Below the pieces are notes generated by a model, which saw only the letters and a list, made by a program, of their open reading frames with translations, was not told where the DNA came from and ran no database searches. The position numbers and the translations under genes were made by a program. This document shows, piece after piece, positions 34,334 through 43,700 of a stretch of 60,381 bases of DNA (positions are counted from its first letter, which is position 1; the number at the start of each line of letters is the position of its first letter). The stretch is from a virus (taxonomy: Duplodnaviria > Caudoviricetes), in the IMG/VR virus record IMGVR_UViG_3300015256_000001, positions 1 through 60,381 of that record. One strand, given 5' to 3'.

Positions 34334-36174
34334 CGCCCACCTCTCGCCTTCGCCATGTCGATCAACGTCGAGGCCTCCCCAGACGTGAGGCCAGGCTTGA
34401 CCGGCACCCTGAGCTTCGCCATGTACCGTAGCTGCCCCTCCGTCGCCGGCTTCTTGCGCCATGCGGCATCACGGTCGGCCAGCCGTGTCACCGTGCTCCG
34501 CTCGCCGGTCACGAACGCCTCGCCGAGCTTCAGCGCCTCTTCAGCCGTCGTGACCTGGGCGGCAAGCGTCCTCTGTCGCGTCACAGGCGCCCCCGTAGGC
34601 CCTTGCCGCTCCCGGTAGGCCACAGCCACGTCCCAGTGCCCTAGAACGTCCTGTTGCACCGTCAGCGTCTCTGTGCCGTCCATCCAGGGGTACTGTAGGC
34701 GGAAGGCCTCACCCATCCGGACCCACGAGAACGTGGCCACCGCCGCCATCGACCCCAACGATTGCACCGTCCAGATGTCGAACGTCGCCGCTCGAGCCCC
34801 CAACTCTGCCAAGGACGTGCAGCCCTGCTGGAGAGCCCCATCTACGTCGAACGAGGGGTACTTCGTCCTGAAGTCATCCAATTCACGGTCCACCTCGCGG
34901 AGGTCTTGGCCGGCCGTCTTCAGCCCTGGAGGTAACCCGTAGAGCACTGGAGCTGCCTGTAGGGAATGCCGGCGGGCGACGTCCACGAGGTCAATCACGA
35001 CGCACCGTGTCTTGCCCGGATGGATCCGGAGGCCCCGCCCGGTCATCTGTTCGTAGAGGGTGGCGCTTTGGGTCGGCTTTAGGTGAAGGATGCACTCGGT
35101 CAACGGGAGGTCGGTGCCCTCGGTCAAAATCATACAGTTGGCGATGACCGTTATCCGCCCGGCGCGGTAGTCCGCTAGAATCTGCCGGCGCTCGTCCTTA
35201 TCCGTCTTGCCGGAGACTGCCGCTGCCGTCACGCCTCTAGCCCGGAATGCCTCCGCCACGGCATACGCGTGCGCGACATCAACCGTGAAGGCGATAGTCG
35301 GTAATCCGAACGCCCGTTCATGCCAGGCCGACACCGCCAGCGTGTTCCGCCATTCGCTGTTGACGGCCTCAGCTAACTGCCGCTGATTGAAATCGCCCCG
35401 ATTGAGCCCTACGTGGTCTAGACTTGCCCCAGTCTCGATCACCCACGGTTCGATGGGCACGAGCCACCCGTCCGCGATGGCCTGCTTCAGGGCGTAGGAG
35501 TAGGCGATGGACTGGAAGACACAGCCGAGCCCAATGGCGTCAGACCTGTTCGGCGTGGCCGTGACGCCCACCAAGAGCCTGTCCTTGGGCGCCTGCTGGT
35601 CCCACTCGCCAAGCGCCGTCGTCATCTTCTCGACATCTTCGAGGGTGGCTTGGTCGATGTTGCTGTCCTCGCTGGAGAGGCCCTGAGGTAGGAACCCCAG
35701 TCGGACGAACGCTGACCGGTAGGTGGACGCCGCCGCGTGGTGCGCCTCATCGCATACCACAAGGCGGAACGTCCCTCGAGACATCAAGGCTTCCAACCGG
35801 TGGAACTTGCTGTTGGGTGCCGCAAGGGTCTGAATGGACGCAATCACGACGTCGGCAAACCGGGTGGCCTTCCGGCTACCTTGCTCAATCGAAACCACGA
35901 CATGCGGATTCGCCGCCCGGATCTTCTCCGCCGCCTGGTCAAGTAGTTCCTCCCGATGGGCAATCACGAGCATCCGCCGGTTGGGCGGCGGAAACTGCTC
36001 GAGCCACGCCCTGAGCCGGGGGAACTCCTTCATGAGCGCCGCAAACCAGACGGTTTTGCCGACACCAGTCGGTTTCTTGATCAGGCACCTGTTCAGGCCT
36101 TGGTCAAAGAAGGCCGCTTCGAGAGCGGCCCCCGCGTCACACTGGTAGCCCCTGAGCGTCGGAGCCGTGGTCAT
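34330..36174 (-). CDS. Superfamily 2 DEAD/DEAH-box helicase
   Basis: PTGVGKT, DEAHH, TATP, TEGTD, QMTGRGLR. Confidence 0.93.
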   Translation of the reverse strand: MTTAPTLRGYQCDAGAALEAAFFDQGLNRCLIKKPTGVGKTVWFAALMKEFPRLRAWLEQFPPPNRRMLVIAHREELLDQAAEKIRAANPHVVVSIEQGSRKATRFADVVIASIQTLAAPNSKFHRLEALMSRGTFRLVVCDEAHHAAASTYRSAFVRLGFLPQGLSSEDSNIDQATLEDVEKMTTALGEWDQQAPKDRLLVGVTATPNRSDAIGLGCVFQSIAYSYALKQAIADGWLVPIEPWVIETGASLDHVGLNRGDFNQRQLAEAVNSEWRNTLAVSAWHERAFGLPTIAFTVDVAHAYAVAEAFRARGVTAAAVSGKTDKDERRQILADYRAGRITVIANCMILTEGTDLPLTECILHLKPTQSATLYEQMTGRGLRIHPGKTRCVVIDLVDVARRHSLQAAPVLYGLPPGLKTAGQDLREVDRELDDFRTKYPSFDVDGALQQGCTSLAELGARAATFDIWTVQSLGSMAAVATFSWVRMGEAFRLQYPWMDGTETLTVQQDVLGHWDVAVAYRERQGPTGAPVTRQRTLAAQVTTAEEALKLGEAFVTGERSTVTRLADRDAAWRKKPATEGQLRYMAKLRVPVKPGLTSGEASTLIDMAKARGGR

Positions 36175-37181
36175 ACCGTGGTCCCAGTCTCCACGTAGGT
36201 AACCCCAGGCCACGCGTTGATCAACTTCCCGAGTGACCGCGCGTAGGTGTTGAGTTTCGTCTCATCGACCATGAGGCAGTCCACCGGAATCCCCAACGTG
36301 TTGCCGTCCACGATGGACGCAATGAGCTGCTGCGGGTTGTGGCACTTCGCGCTTCGGGTCTTGCGCTCCGACCCCACCTTGAGCACGTCAGCCTTCACCT
36401 CGACTGCCACAGCGTCCAGAGGTGCCGCCTGCACCGCCTGCGCCTGCTGCCTGATGGCTTCTGCGTCCTGCCTGGCCCTGATGGCCCCACGAATCTTCGG
36501 ATGGCTCAGGAGCCGCGCAGCGGCCTTGAATGGGTCTTTGTAGCCAGCGATTGTGGCTGCCTGTTGCCCGTTGTGACCGCTGACGTAGGCCGTGATGAAG
36601 AAGCACTCGCGGTCACTGAGGTCGCCGCTCGCCTCTTCGGCCGCGACCGCTGCCGCCTCCAGCTCCGCCAACTCCGCCTCGCGCTTCGCCCTGGCCCGCG
36701 CGTCCTCCTCGGCCTGGAGTCGGCGGCGCTTCTCCTCGGCTTCACGCTCTGCCTTCGCCTTGTAGGCGTTGTGGTGCGCCTGGAGGATGGCGGCCGCTTG
36801 CGTGAGTGGCGTCGAGGCCCGCCCGAACCCGGCCACGAACCGCTTGTGGAGCCCGTGGAACTGCTGACGCACGACCCACAGATCCTCAGCCGCCTTGGCC
36901 TTGTCCTTGACGGCTTGGAGCCGCCGCACTATCGCCGCGTCCTCCTCCGCCGTGGTCGGGGCTTGGACGGCCTTCACCACGGCGAGTGTAGCCACGGCAT
37001 CATCCTCGACCACCTTGGCCTTGGCGAAGAACTGGCTCATTCGCCCGAAGAACTCACGCACCGACAGGGCCTCGCGAGTAGCTTCGCGCAACTCCTGTGC
37101 GAGTGGATCGTCCGCCGTCTCGAGCCATGGGCGAGCCTCAAGGCCCATTACCTCCGGCACCAATGCTGCTTTCTTTGCCAT
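36171..37181 (-). CDS. Gam/gp157-like coiled-coil protein with an inserted TerS-type HTH
   Basis: Long coiled coil, C-terminal VDETKLN..PGV; internal LSDRECFFITAY..NGQQAATIAGY..AARLLSHPKI. Confidence 0.6.
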   Translation of the reverse strand: MAKKAALVPEVMGLEARPWLETADDPLAQELREATREALSVREFFGRMSQFFAKAKVVEDDAVATLAVVKAVQAPTTAEEDAAIVRRLQAVKDKAKAAEDLWVVRQQFHGLHKRFVAGFGRASTPLTQAAAILQAHHNAYKAKAEREAEEKRRRLQAEEDARARAKREAELAELEAAAVAAEEASGDLSDRECFFITAYVSGHNGQQAATIAGYKDPFKAAARLLSHPKIRGAIRARQDAEAIRQQAQAVQAAPLDAVAVEVKADVLKVGSERKTRSAKCHNPQQLIASIVDGNTLGIPVDCLMVDETKLNTYARSLGKLINAWPGVTYVETGTTV

Positions 37182-37193
37182 GTGTCCTGTCTC

Positions 37194-37403
37194 CTATTCC
37201 TCGAATACGAGGGCTCTTTCGTTCGGATCGCCGCGTCGCGAGAAGGACTGGTGCCGGCTCGCGCGGACATCGCTCACCTGGCAGACCCATTCCAGGCAAC
37301 CACTCTCGGCGTTGATCACGGCCAGTGGGAGGTCCATCCACTCTTCCATCTTTTCAGGATGGTCGCGAAACAACTCGCGAAGCGTCAGCCGGCCTTCGTT
37401 CAC
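37194..37403 (-). CDS. Hypothetical protein
   Basis: 69 aa, GTGA overlap. Confidence 0.5.
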   Translation of the reverse strand: MNEGRLTLRELFRDHPEKMEEWMDLPLAVINAESGCLEWVCQVSDVRASRHQSFSRRGDPNERALVFEE

Positions 37404-37867
37404 GACAACATCCCGATCAGGGCGTCCAGCTTCTCCTCGATCCGCCGGAGCCTTGACGAGATGGCCTGGGACGCCGTGGGCGGCATCGTAGCCGGTGGGT
37501 CGAGTGGCGGAGGAGCATCAGCGATGGCCTCGACCCTGTACCTGTTGATCCTCGCCTGCGCGTCGTGGGAGCTAGTGATCCCCTCTGTGAAGAGTGAGCA
37601 GTCCGTCTTCACGGTGACGACGTCCTTCAACGCCCCGGCCAGGCTCGTCTTCTTCACTGACGCCCGCCCGTTCGCGAGGGCCTGCACCTCGGCCAGCTCG
37701 AACTTGTACTGATGCCTCTGGTCCCCCACCTTGGTCGAGCCGTGGTCCGTCAACAGCCCCTTGACCACGAAGCGATAGAGTGGAGCACTGGACTTGAACC
37801 CCAGGATCTCTCGAGCCTGAATGCAGTTGATGAACATCGTCGCGTCTCCTTTTGTTTCGATTGTCAC
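37400..37867 (-). CDS. Excisionase/MerR-like HTH regulator
   Basis: QAREILGF..LYRFVVKGLL..KFELAEV; directly downstream of a promoter. Confidence 0.6.
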   Translation of the reverse strand: MTIETKGDATMFINCIQAREILGFKSSAPLYRFVVKGLLTDHGSTKVGDQRHQYKFELAEVQALANGRASVKKTSLAGALKDVVTVKTDCSLFTEGITSSHDAQARINRYRVEAIADAPPPLDPPATMPPTASQAISSRLRRIEEKLDALIGMLS

Positions 37868-37907
37868 CGCTCATCGCCGGCAGGGGTCACGCCCCACTCG
37901 GCTGTCT

Positions 37908-37948
37908 CACGCGAGAGATTACCGAACCATGTTACGGCTTGTCAAGTC
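37908..37948 (-). promoter_or_regulatory. Sigma70-like promoter
   Basis: GACTTGACAAGCCG..N18 spacer..TAATCT-CTCGCGTG. Confidence 0.75.
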
Positions 37949-38084
37949 CTTTCTTGTGGTCAGATATTCTGAGCCGGCATCTCAGGCAGACTTTGAATCG
38001 ACCTGACCGCTTGCCGCAGTCTCGGCACAGGCCATACCAGCGGCGCCACGCGCGTAACTCCCTCTGGTAGACCGTCCTGTCCAT
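37932..38084 (-). CDS. 50-aa Zn-finger protein (not in track)
   Basis: MDRTVYQRELRAWRRWYGLCRDCG..VCLRCR; TAATG overlap. Confidence 0.55.
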   Translation of the reverse strand: MDRTVYQRELRAWRRWYGLCRDCGKRSGRFKVCLRCRLRISDHKKGLDKP

Positions 38085-39109
38085 TAGTCCTCGATGTTCT
38101 CGGCGATCAAGTCCTTGTATGCCTTAAAGGCTGGGGTCCGCTGATGACGGAGCAACGCCTGTAAGACCGCAGCCGTGTACGTAGGGTCAGTCGCGCTCCC
38201 CTCTCCTATCGTCATGTACCTGAAGAACGGCTGTGGCCAGACCGCCGTGATCTCAGTGAGGCCCAACGTCCGCGCCCACTGTGTTAAGGCGGTCAGCCAT
38301 TTGATGTCGAGCGCCACGAAGTCCTCATCCCCTACCCCCTCCACAGCGGCTTCCTCCGCCGTACCGCTCGTCGTGGTCGCGAATGGCGTCCTCCACGTCT
38401 CGGCGATGTAGACCGGTTTCACCGCCGTGTTTGCCGTCTCGACCATTTCAGTGAACGTCGGCATATCTGCCAGGCTATAGATATCCAGGGTCAGGACATC
38501 AATAGAGGCTGAACCCGCGAACGCCTCGAAGTGCAACTGGTCGGCGGCGAGCCCACCCGCGCCGATCTGGGTCGATGGCGAGGCTGACGCCACGACCGCC
38601 GCCGTCGCCTCCGCGAAGTCCAGCCAGTTCTGCACCGTGATGACCCCGCCCAGACGTGTGGCCATCGTGGTGGGTTCGTGGACCACCACGAAAATATCCG
38701 GCTCGTACCGATTCGCCACGAACTCGTAGAACGCGAGGCAGGCCGTCTGCCACGCGGCGAGGTTTGCCATGGGCCAGTACGTTGCGGAGTACTGCGGATT
38801 GAACGCCAGCCGCATACCCAACGCCCGAATCTTTGCGATCACCGCATCGTATTTCACGATGGTTGGGATATCCGGCGTGAAGGCCCACGGGAATGACCCC
38901 AGGTTCATGTCGATGCGGGTCACCCCGAGCTCGTGCAGCGCACTGACCATCCTGATTAGGTCGGCTGTTGGCACGCCGGCCACCCAGTACTCGTGCGCCA
39001 GCATGAGGTTTGCCCCGAACTCGACTGGGGTTTTATCTTCCGCCGCGACCTCGCTAAGCAGGAAGTTCAGGGCGGTGTGCATCAGGGTGTGGTAGTCGGG
39101 CCTGGTCAT
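38084..39109 (-). CDS. Glycoside hydrolase-like TIM barrel (clan GH-A like)
   Basis: YDAVIAKIRALGM, VVHEP (acid/base position), LTLDIY, KPVYIAET (nucleophile position). Confidence 0.6.
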   Translation of the reverse strand: MTRPDYHTLMHTALNFLLSEVAAEDKTPVEFGANLMLAHEYWVAGVPTADLIRMVSALHELGVTRIDMNLGSFPWAFTPDIPTIVKYDAVIAKIRALGMRLAFNPQYSATYWPMANLAAWQTACLAFYEFVANRYEPDIFVVVHEPTTMATRLGGVITVQNWLDFAEATAAVVASASPSTQIGAGGLAADQLHFEAFAGSASIDVLTLDIYSLADMPTFTEMVETANTAVKPVYIAETWRTPFATTTSGTAEEAAVEGVGDEDFVALDIKWLTALTQWARTLGLTEITAVWPQPFFRYMTIGEGSATDPTYTAAVLQALLRHQRTPAFKAYKDLIAENIED

Positions 39110-39130
39110 AGCGAAAAGTCTAACACCTCG

Positions 39131-39739
39131 TCACTTCCACACCCCGTGAATCAGTGTCGCGCGTTCGCGAGAGTCTGACGTCCAGGTGTCTGCCTTGCCG
39201 TCACGGTGCGTCCAGGCCCACCGTCCACAGTAGGCTTGCACGCCTTCGTACCAACTCGCCTCGTCACCAAGGATCCGCTGCCGCTCGCCAGGCGACACCG
39301 CTTCGTTGCCGTTCAACCGGTGTATCGCGTGCGCCCGGTACTCGTGTATCTCACCGGTCGCTCTGACCATGGGGAGGTAGAGCCATGCCGGTGTCAACGT
39401 GATGGCCAGCTTATCGGCCATGCAGAGCCGCGATGGCTGAAGACCTAGCGCCTTCGCGTAGTAGCGTGAATGGAGTAGCGTGAACTCGCCCCACGCTCGA
39501 GTGCGTGGACGCTCAAACAAGTAGCTCATGATCTGCGCGCCGAGCATCGGATGAAGCTCACCCTCTGGCCCGTCCATATTCGGCTTGCCGATGTAGCCGA
39601 GGTCGTGGACGAAGAACGCCACCCACAGCCGTGGGTCCCACGGGAATCCGTAGAGCTTCCACCAGCCCCACGCCACGAACCACGGATGCAGGAAGAAACA
39701 ATGTGCCCCGTAGAGCACGCTCTTGGTTCCTATCGTCAT
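39131..39739 (-). CDS. HD-like phosphohydrolase-fold phage protein
   Basis: H..VHDLGY..HP..LHSR..ADKL. Confidence 0.65.
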   Translation of the reverse strand: MTIGTKSVLYGAHCFFLHPWFVAWGWWKLYGFPWDPRLWVAFFVHDLGYIGKPNMDGPEGELHPMLGAQIMSYLFERPRTRAWGEFTLLHSRYYAKALGLQPSRLCMADKLAITLTPAWLYLPMVRATGEIHEYRAHAIHRLNGNEAVSPGERQRILGDEASWYEGVQAYCGRWAWTHRDGKADTWTSDSRERATLIHGVWK

Positions 39740-40083
39740 CGACAGTCCTCCGCGTCATGCCTCGGCCAGCACGACGCACAACAGAAGTCCCCTCCGCACT
39801 CAAAGCAGTGAATTGTCTCGTTCTCGATGGAGTAGCAGTCGTCGCACTTCGTGAAGGTGTTCACGCCGATACCCCAGGACGTGCGGAGGATGCGCTTCAC
39901 CGTGGCCCCGTCCTCTGACCACTCGGTAACGCATCCCTTGTTGGGCACATGCGCGGCCGTCCCGTAGGTCTCGCACGCCAGCTTGTGTGCCGCGATCTCG
40001 GCAGGCGAGCAGCACTCGGTATCCGGTGAGAAGTCGTTTGGGTTGGTGACGCACGGGTAGCCGTAGACGGCATCTTGGCTCAT
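39736..40083 (-). CDS. Cys-rich hypothetical
   Basis: Many CxxC motifs; ATGA overlaps. Confidence 0.6.
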   Translation of the reverse strand: MSQDAVYGYPCVTNPNDFSPDTECCSPAEIAAHKLACETYGTAAHVPNKGCVTEWSEDGATVKRILRTSWGIGVNTFTKCDDCYSIENETIHCFECGGDFCCASCWPRHDAEDCR

Positions 40084-40472
40084 GACACGACCCTCACCAT
40101 CTCAGGAATGACCACCAAATCAGGACGCCAGGCATGGAACCTGACCTCTCCATTAGTCCCGGCATCAGTAAGAGGCTCCACCTTCAACGTCCCGCGGTGC
40201 AGGCTCACCGGCCCACTCTGATGGTGACCCCTGCACAAGAGGATCATCTTCTCTGGCACCGACCTGTCGCCGGCCGGGTTGCCCCCCATGCCCTTGTGTT
40301 GGAGATGGGCCACTTCGAGTGGCCAGGCATGATTGCCACCAGGGAACCGGCACACACGGTCCCTGGCCCGCACGATGGCCTTCGCCTCTCGCTCTGCCTT
40401 CCGATTCACGGCGGCCTTCTTGGCCCTAGCCATTTTCGTCGTGATGCGGCGGCCCTTGAAGTTGGGCTTCAT
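40080..40472 (-). CDS. HNH-like endonuclease
   Basis: RDRVCRFPG..EVAH..GMGG..LLCRGHH. Confidence 0.7.
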   Translation of the reverse strand: MKPNFKGRRITTKMARAKKAAVNRKAEREAKAIVRARDRVCRFPGGNHAWPLEVAHLQHKGMGGNPAGDRSVPEKMILLCRGHHQSGPVSLHRGTLKVEPLTDAGTNGEVRFHAWRPDLVVIPEMVRVVS

Positions 40473-40879
40473 TTCTGCCCAGCCCCGCGTGCCATCATCT
40501 CTGATCTGGTGATACGAGTCCCCCCGTCAATGATGTAGGAGTCGCTGCCAGGGTCGTAGTTGCTCCCGGCTCCACCGCCAAGGTCGGAGACTGGCCACTG
40601 CTTCTGCGCTGGCCCCACAGCGGGCTCCACTGTGTGGCGAACCGGGAACGCGATCCCATTGATGTCGGTGACGAAGTCCCCAGGCCCCTGGAGATACTCC
40701 ACCGCCGCCTCCAACTCCGCCACCGCTCGCTCCACAGCCTTTTCCCTCGTGTCGCCTCGCCCTATCGTCACGAAGTCTGATCCGCGCCCGGTGAGCTTTA
40801 CCAGCCACCGACTCGGCTTCGCGTCGGAGGCCGAGCGCACTTGCATCACCGTCAGTCCGATCAAAGGTGCCTTGGTCAT
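40469..40879 (-). CDS. Hypothetical protein (HicB-N-like N-terminus)
   Basis: RWLVKL..TIGRGDTREKAVERAVAEL. Confidence 0.55.
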   Translation of the reverse strand: MTKAPLIGLTVMQVRSASDAKPSRWLVKLTGRGSDFVTIGRGDTREKAVERAVAELEAAVEYLQGPGDFVTDINGIAFPVRHTVEPAVGPAQKQWPVSDLGGGAGSNYDPGSDSYIIDGGTRITRSEMMARGAGQK

Positions 40880-41088
40880 TTCTCCTCCTTCACCTCGTGC
40901 CAGTCCACGCCGTCTGAGATCATGGTCACCCCGTTCGCTATCGCCTGCGCCTTCTTCTCCGACCACAACATGTTGTCGTCGAAAGCCACGGCACCGCAGA
41001 TGCACAGCGCTCCATGATCCGGTAGCACAGGGTGAGCGCCATTATTTTTGACATGCCATGCGTGCCCGTTCTCCCTGCACATAGTCAT
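40876..41088 (-). CDS. Small Cys/His hypothetical
   Basis: C...GHAW..CICG. Confidence 0.55.
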   Translation of the reverse strand: MTMCRENGHAWHVKNNGAHPVLPDHGALCICGAVAFDDNMLWSEKKAQAIANGVTMISDGVDWHEVKEEK

Positions 41089-41657
41089 CGGTAGTCCCTC
41101 ACGATCTCCTGTGCCTTCACGAAGTCAGCCCGGTCGGGATGCTCCTCCAGTACGAATTTCCCATTGCTCTTCAAGTAGAGACACCAGCGCTTGATCCCCC
41201 ATGCCGGTATCCCGCACTCCGCCACTAACCCGGCCTGCAAGGCCGTCTGCACGCGGTGGGCCTTCCGCTCCGGTGCCCCAGTCTTGATCTCGAGCACGCC
41301 CTTGACCCCGACAATAACGCACACCCTGTCCGGACGGCCGGCGTAGCGCAGCGAAGGATGAACCAGAGGCCGCTCGATGTCCACCCACGACGGCCGTATC
41401 AGCTTCAGTGCCGCAACGTAGGCCTGGAACCAGCCCGCCCACCGGCCAATCACTGCTGATGGGTCAGGGAGCATCCCCAGGTCATACGCAGCCGTCGTCT
41501 GGTGAACCCAGGTGCCCCTGTCTCGAGACTCCTCGGTATACCACCGTGGGTCCGTGAGGCCTGCCCGCACAATCAGGCCGGTGATGTGCGGGAAGACCTC
41601 CCCAGTCACCGCGTCCGTATACTCGTGCGCGTCTGGGTCGAACCGGAAGGCGCCCAT
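41085..41657 (-). CDS. PD-(D/E)XK exonuclease
   Basis: FDPDAHEY, RGTWVH, YAGRPDR, LEIKTG, QTALQ; next to ERF. Confidence 0.8.
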   Translation of the reverse strand: MGAFRFDPDAHEYTDAVTGEVFPHITGLIVRAGLTDPRWYTEESRDRGTWVHQTTAAYDLGMLPDPSAVIGRWAGWFQAYVAALKLIRPSWVDIERPLVHPSLRYAGRPDRVCVIVGVKGVLEIKTGAPERKAHRVQTALQAGLVAECGIPAWGIKRWCLYLKSNGKFVLEEHPDRADFVKAQEIVRDYR

Positions 41658-41848
41658 TCGACGACGACGGCGCGTGCTTCCACGCGTGCTCGCACTGGAT
41701 GCCTCTGCCGGAGCTGCCGGCGAAGCGCAAGCGCGTGAGTCTGGAGAAGAACCAATCACGACCCTGACACTACCAGTGCCGGTACGGGTGGCCAAGAGGA
41801 TCCGCGTGTCGTGTGGCGCCGTGTTGATAGGTTGCCATTCCATCTCCA

Positions 41849-42772
41849 TCACCCGTCCTCCCCAGGCTCACGGTCCAGCGGCAACGGGCCAGGCTTCTCT
41901 AACGCCGACACGATGGTGTCGAAGTGCTTCACCTTCACCTCGCGCATCGTGTTGTAGTTGAACCGGACGGCCAGCCACGCCACCACCTCGCGCTGACCAC
42001 GCCCGGAATCCTTGAAGACCTGAGCCAGCTTCCGCAGTGGTGCATCGCCGATCACCGCGTCACCGTTCTGGATCGGCGCCGGAGGCGCTGGCTTCTTCGG
42101 ATCCGCAGGCGCCTTCTTCTTGTTGTCCGGCATCGTCGCCGCGCCGTCGTCATCCACACCCCTCTCGGTGAGGTTCAGGAGGTCAATCGTCGTGACCCGC
42201 CGGCCATACGTGACCGTGCTCTTCTGGCTCTGCACCGGAGACCGGAAGTCCGAATGGTCCGATGGGGCCTCGAACGTGCTCTCCTCGGACCACCCCTCCC
42301 GGTGCGAGAGAATCCCCACGATCCGGATGATGCCCTTCTCGAGCCACTCCGTGCGGTGCCTGAGCGAGAACCCATACTCGGCCATCACCGGTTTGATTCG
42401 TGGGTGGATGTCCTCCCCAAGCCGCGCAAACCGGCTCCGGAGCACGTCCTTGACGATGATCTTCCCCGCCCGTGGGATCGACGGGAACTTCGGCTGCATC
42501 TCGGCGTAGGCAGCCTCAAACGCGGCCTTCGCCTGCACGCGCATGATGTCCTTCCGTAGCTCGATGATCCGCTCCAGCTTCGCGATGTCCACCTGGGGGT
42601 CCCGCGCCAGCCGCTCGAACACCGCGAGTGGATCGGTTGACGCCTCTGGTGCCGGCGGGGTAGACTGCACACGTTGCAGCTTGCCAGGTTGCAGCGTCTC
42701 CTGCGTCACCCCAGGTGCCCCGGCCGTGGCTGTCTCCTCCACGGTCGGGGCATTCTTCTTTATGCCCATCAC
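41849..42772 (-). CDS. erf: ERF-family single-strand annealing protein
   Basis: IKPVMAEYGFS, GILSHREGWSEES, VQSQKSTVTYGRR, DDDG. Confidence 0.85.
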   Translation of the reverse strand: MMGIKKNAPTVEETATAGAPGVTQETLQPGKLQRVQSTPPAPEASTDPLAVFERLARDPQVDIAKLERIIELRKDIMRVQAKAAFEAAYAEMQPKFPSIPRAGKIIVKDVLRSRFARLGEDIHPRIKPVMAEYGFSLRHRTEWLEKGIIRIVGILSHREGWSEESTFEAPSDHSDFRSPVQSQKSTVTYGRRVTTIDLLNLTERGVDDDGAATMPDNKKKAPADPKKPAPPAPIQNGDAVIGDAPLRKLAQVFKDSGRGQREVVAWLAVRFNYNTMREVKVKHFDTIVSALEKPGPLPLDREPGEDG

Positions 42773-43020
42773 TCGCCCCCTTCCATCGTCAGTTCCGCCG
42801 CCCGCTTCTTGAGCCAGAGTTTCGTCTCGTTGTGGCCCCTGGCCAAGTACTCGAACACGTCCCCGTCGCTGACGCTCTCGACCGGCCTCGACACTAGGAC
42901 CGCCAGCCGCTCCCGTGCCGCGTTGAGCCTCGATGTCCCCACCCGTGTCGTGATGCCCTGGAACCGGTCGCCGTCCTTCGGGCTGAAGATGGGCCGGCCG
43001 CTAGAACCACGTTTCTTCAT
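42769..43020 (-). CDS. Small DNA-binding-like hypothetical
   Basis: GRP..VSDGDVFEYLARG. Confidence 0.55.
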   Translation of the reverse strand: MKKRGSSGRPIFSPKDGDRFQGITTRVGTSRLNAARERLAVLVSRPVESVSDGDVFEYLARGHNETKLWLKKRAAELTMEGGE

Positions 43021-43318
43021 CTCTGACCTCCGGTGCGAAGACGGCCAACCCATCATCTTGGCTGCCGTCTGTGATGCTCTCAGCCCACGGCTGTTGTTTC
43101 ACTGGGGCAGCAGGCAGACCGCCACCGACGTTCACGAGCCCTTGCAGGATGGCCATCGCGAAGCCCCTCGCCTGCTCGAAGCATTCCTGATTGAACCCGA
43201 CGAAGTTGATGTGCAGGCCACCGATGCCGACCTGGAGGAACCGGTCCCCGTCCTTACAGATGAGCATCGTCACGTAGGGCTTGTCGTCACTGGTGAGATT
43301 GACCGAGACGGCACTCAT
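43001..43318 (-). CDS. Hypothetical protein
   Basis: GGAGG upstream; ATGA overlap. Confidence 0.55.
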   Translation of the reverse strand: MSAVSVNLTSDDKPYVTMLICKDGDRFLQVGIGGLHINFVGFNQECFEQARGFAMAILQGLVNVGGGLPAAPVKQQPWAESITDGSQDDGLAVFAPEVRDEETWF

Positions 43319-43644
43319 TGCCCGGCCTCCTTCCGCTCCGGCACCACATGCTCCGCACACCCACACTCCGCGCAGGTATGCCCGCCGAGCCCCTCGGCTC
43401 CGCACTTGGGACAAGGCCCGCTCACGCGCATCCCGCTGTGCTCTTTCCTGAGTGCGTTGAGGGCCCGGCCGATGGACTCTGCCGCTTCCATCGCCATCGC
43501 CTCTCGGACTGCGACGGACGCGTAGTAGTAGATGCGCCCGCCCTTCATCTTCACGCCGAACCGCTGCGTCTCCGCGTCGTACCCGAACTCCTCAGCAGCC
43601 GTCGAGGTGACCGGCATCAACTTGATTGCCCTGACCTTCTCCAT
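43315..43644 (-). CDS. KTSC domain protein with Zn ribbon
   Basis: VTSTAAEEFGYD..GGRIYYYASV..AESIGR; CPKCG..CAECG. Confidence 0.75.
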   Translation of the reverse strand: MEKVRAIKLMPVTSTAAEEFGYDAETQRFGVKMKGGRIYYYASVAVREAMAMEAAESIGRALNALRKEHSGMRVSGPCPKCGAEGLGGHTCAECGCAEHVVPERKEAGQ

Positions 43645-43653
43645 GTTGCCTCC

Positions 43654-43694
43654 CACGCGAGAGGCTACAGGAAGTCGATTCGGCTTGTCAAGTC
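43654..43694 (-). promoter_or_regulatory. Sigma70-like promoter
   Basis: GACTTGACAAGCCG..N18 spacer..TAGCCT-CTCGCGTG. Confidence 0.75.
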
Positions 43695-43700
43695 ACCTGG

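Noticed and set aside
37875-37907. tRNA-like hairpin GGGGCGTGACCCC
   Set aside because: Single stem-loop in a 5' leader; no cloverleaf or CCA
41658-41852. N-terminal extension of the exonuclease ORF (WQPINTAP..)
   Set aside because: Looks like a remnant of a separate small phage gene running in frame; the nuclease more likely starts at 41657
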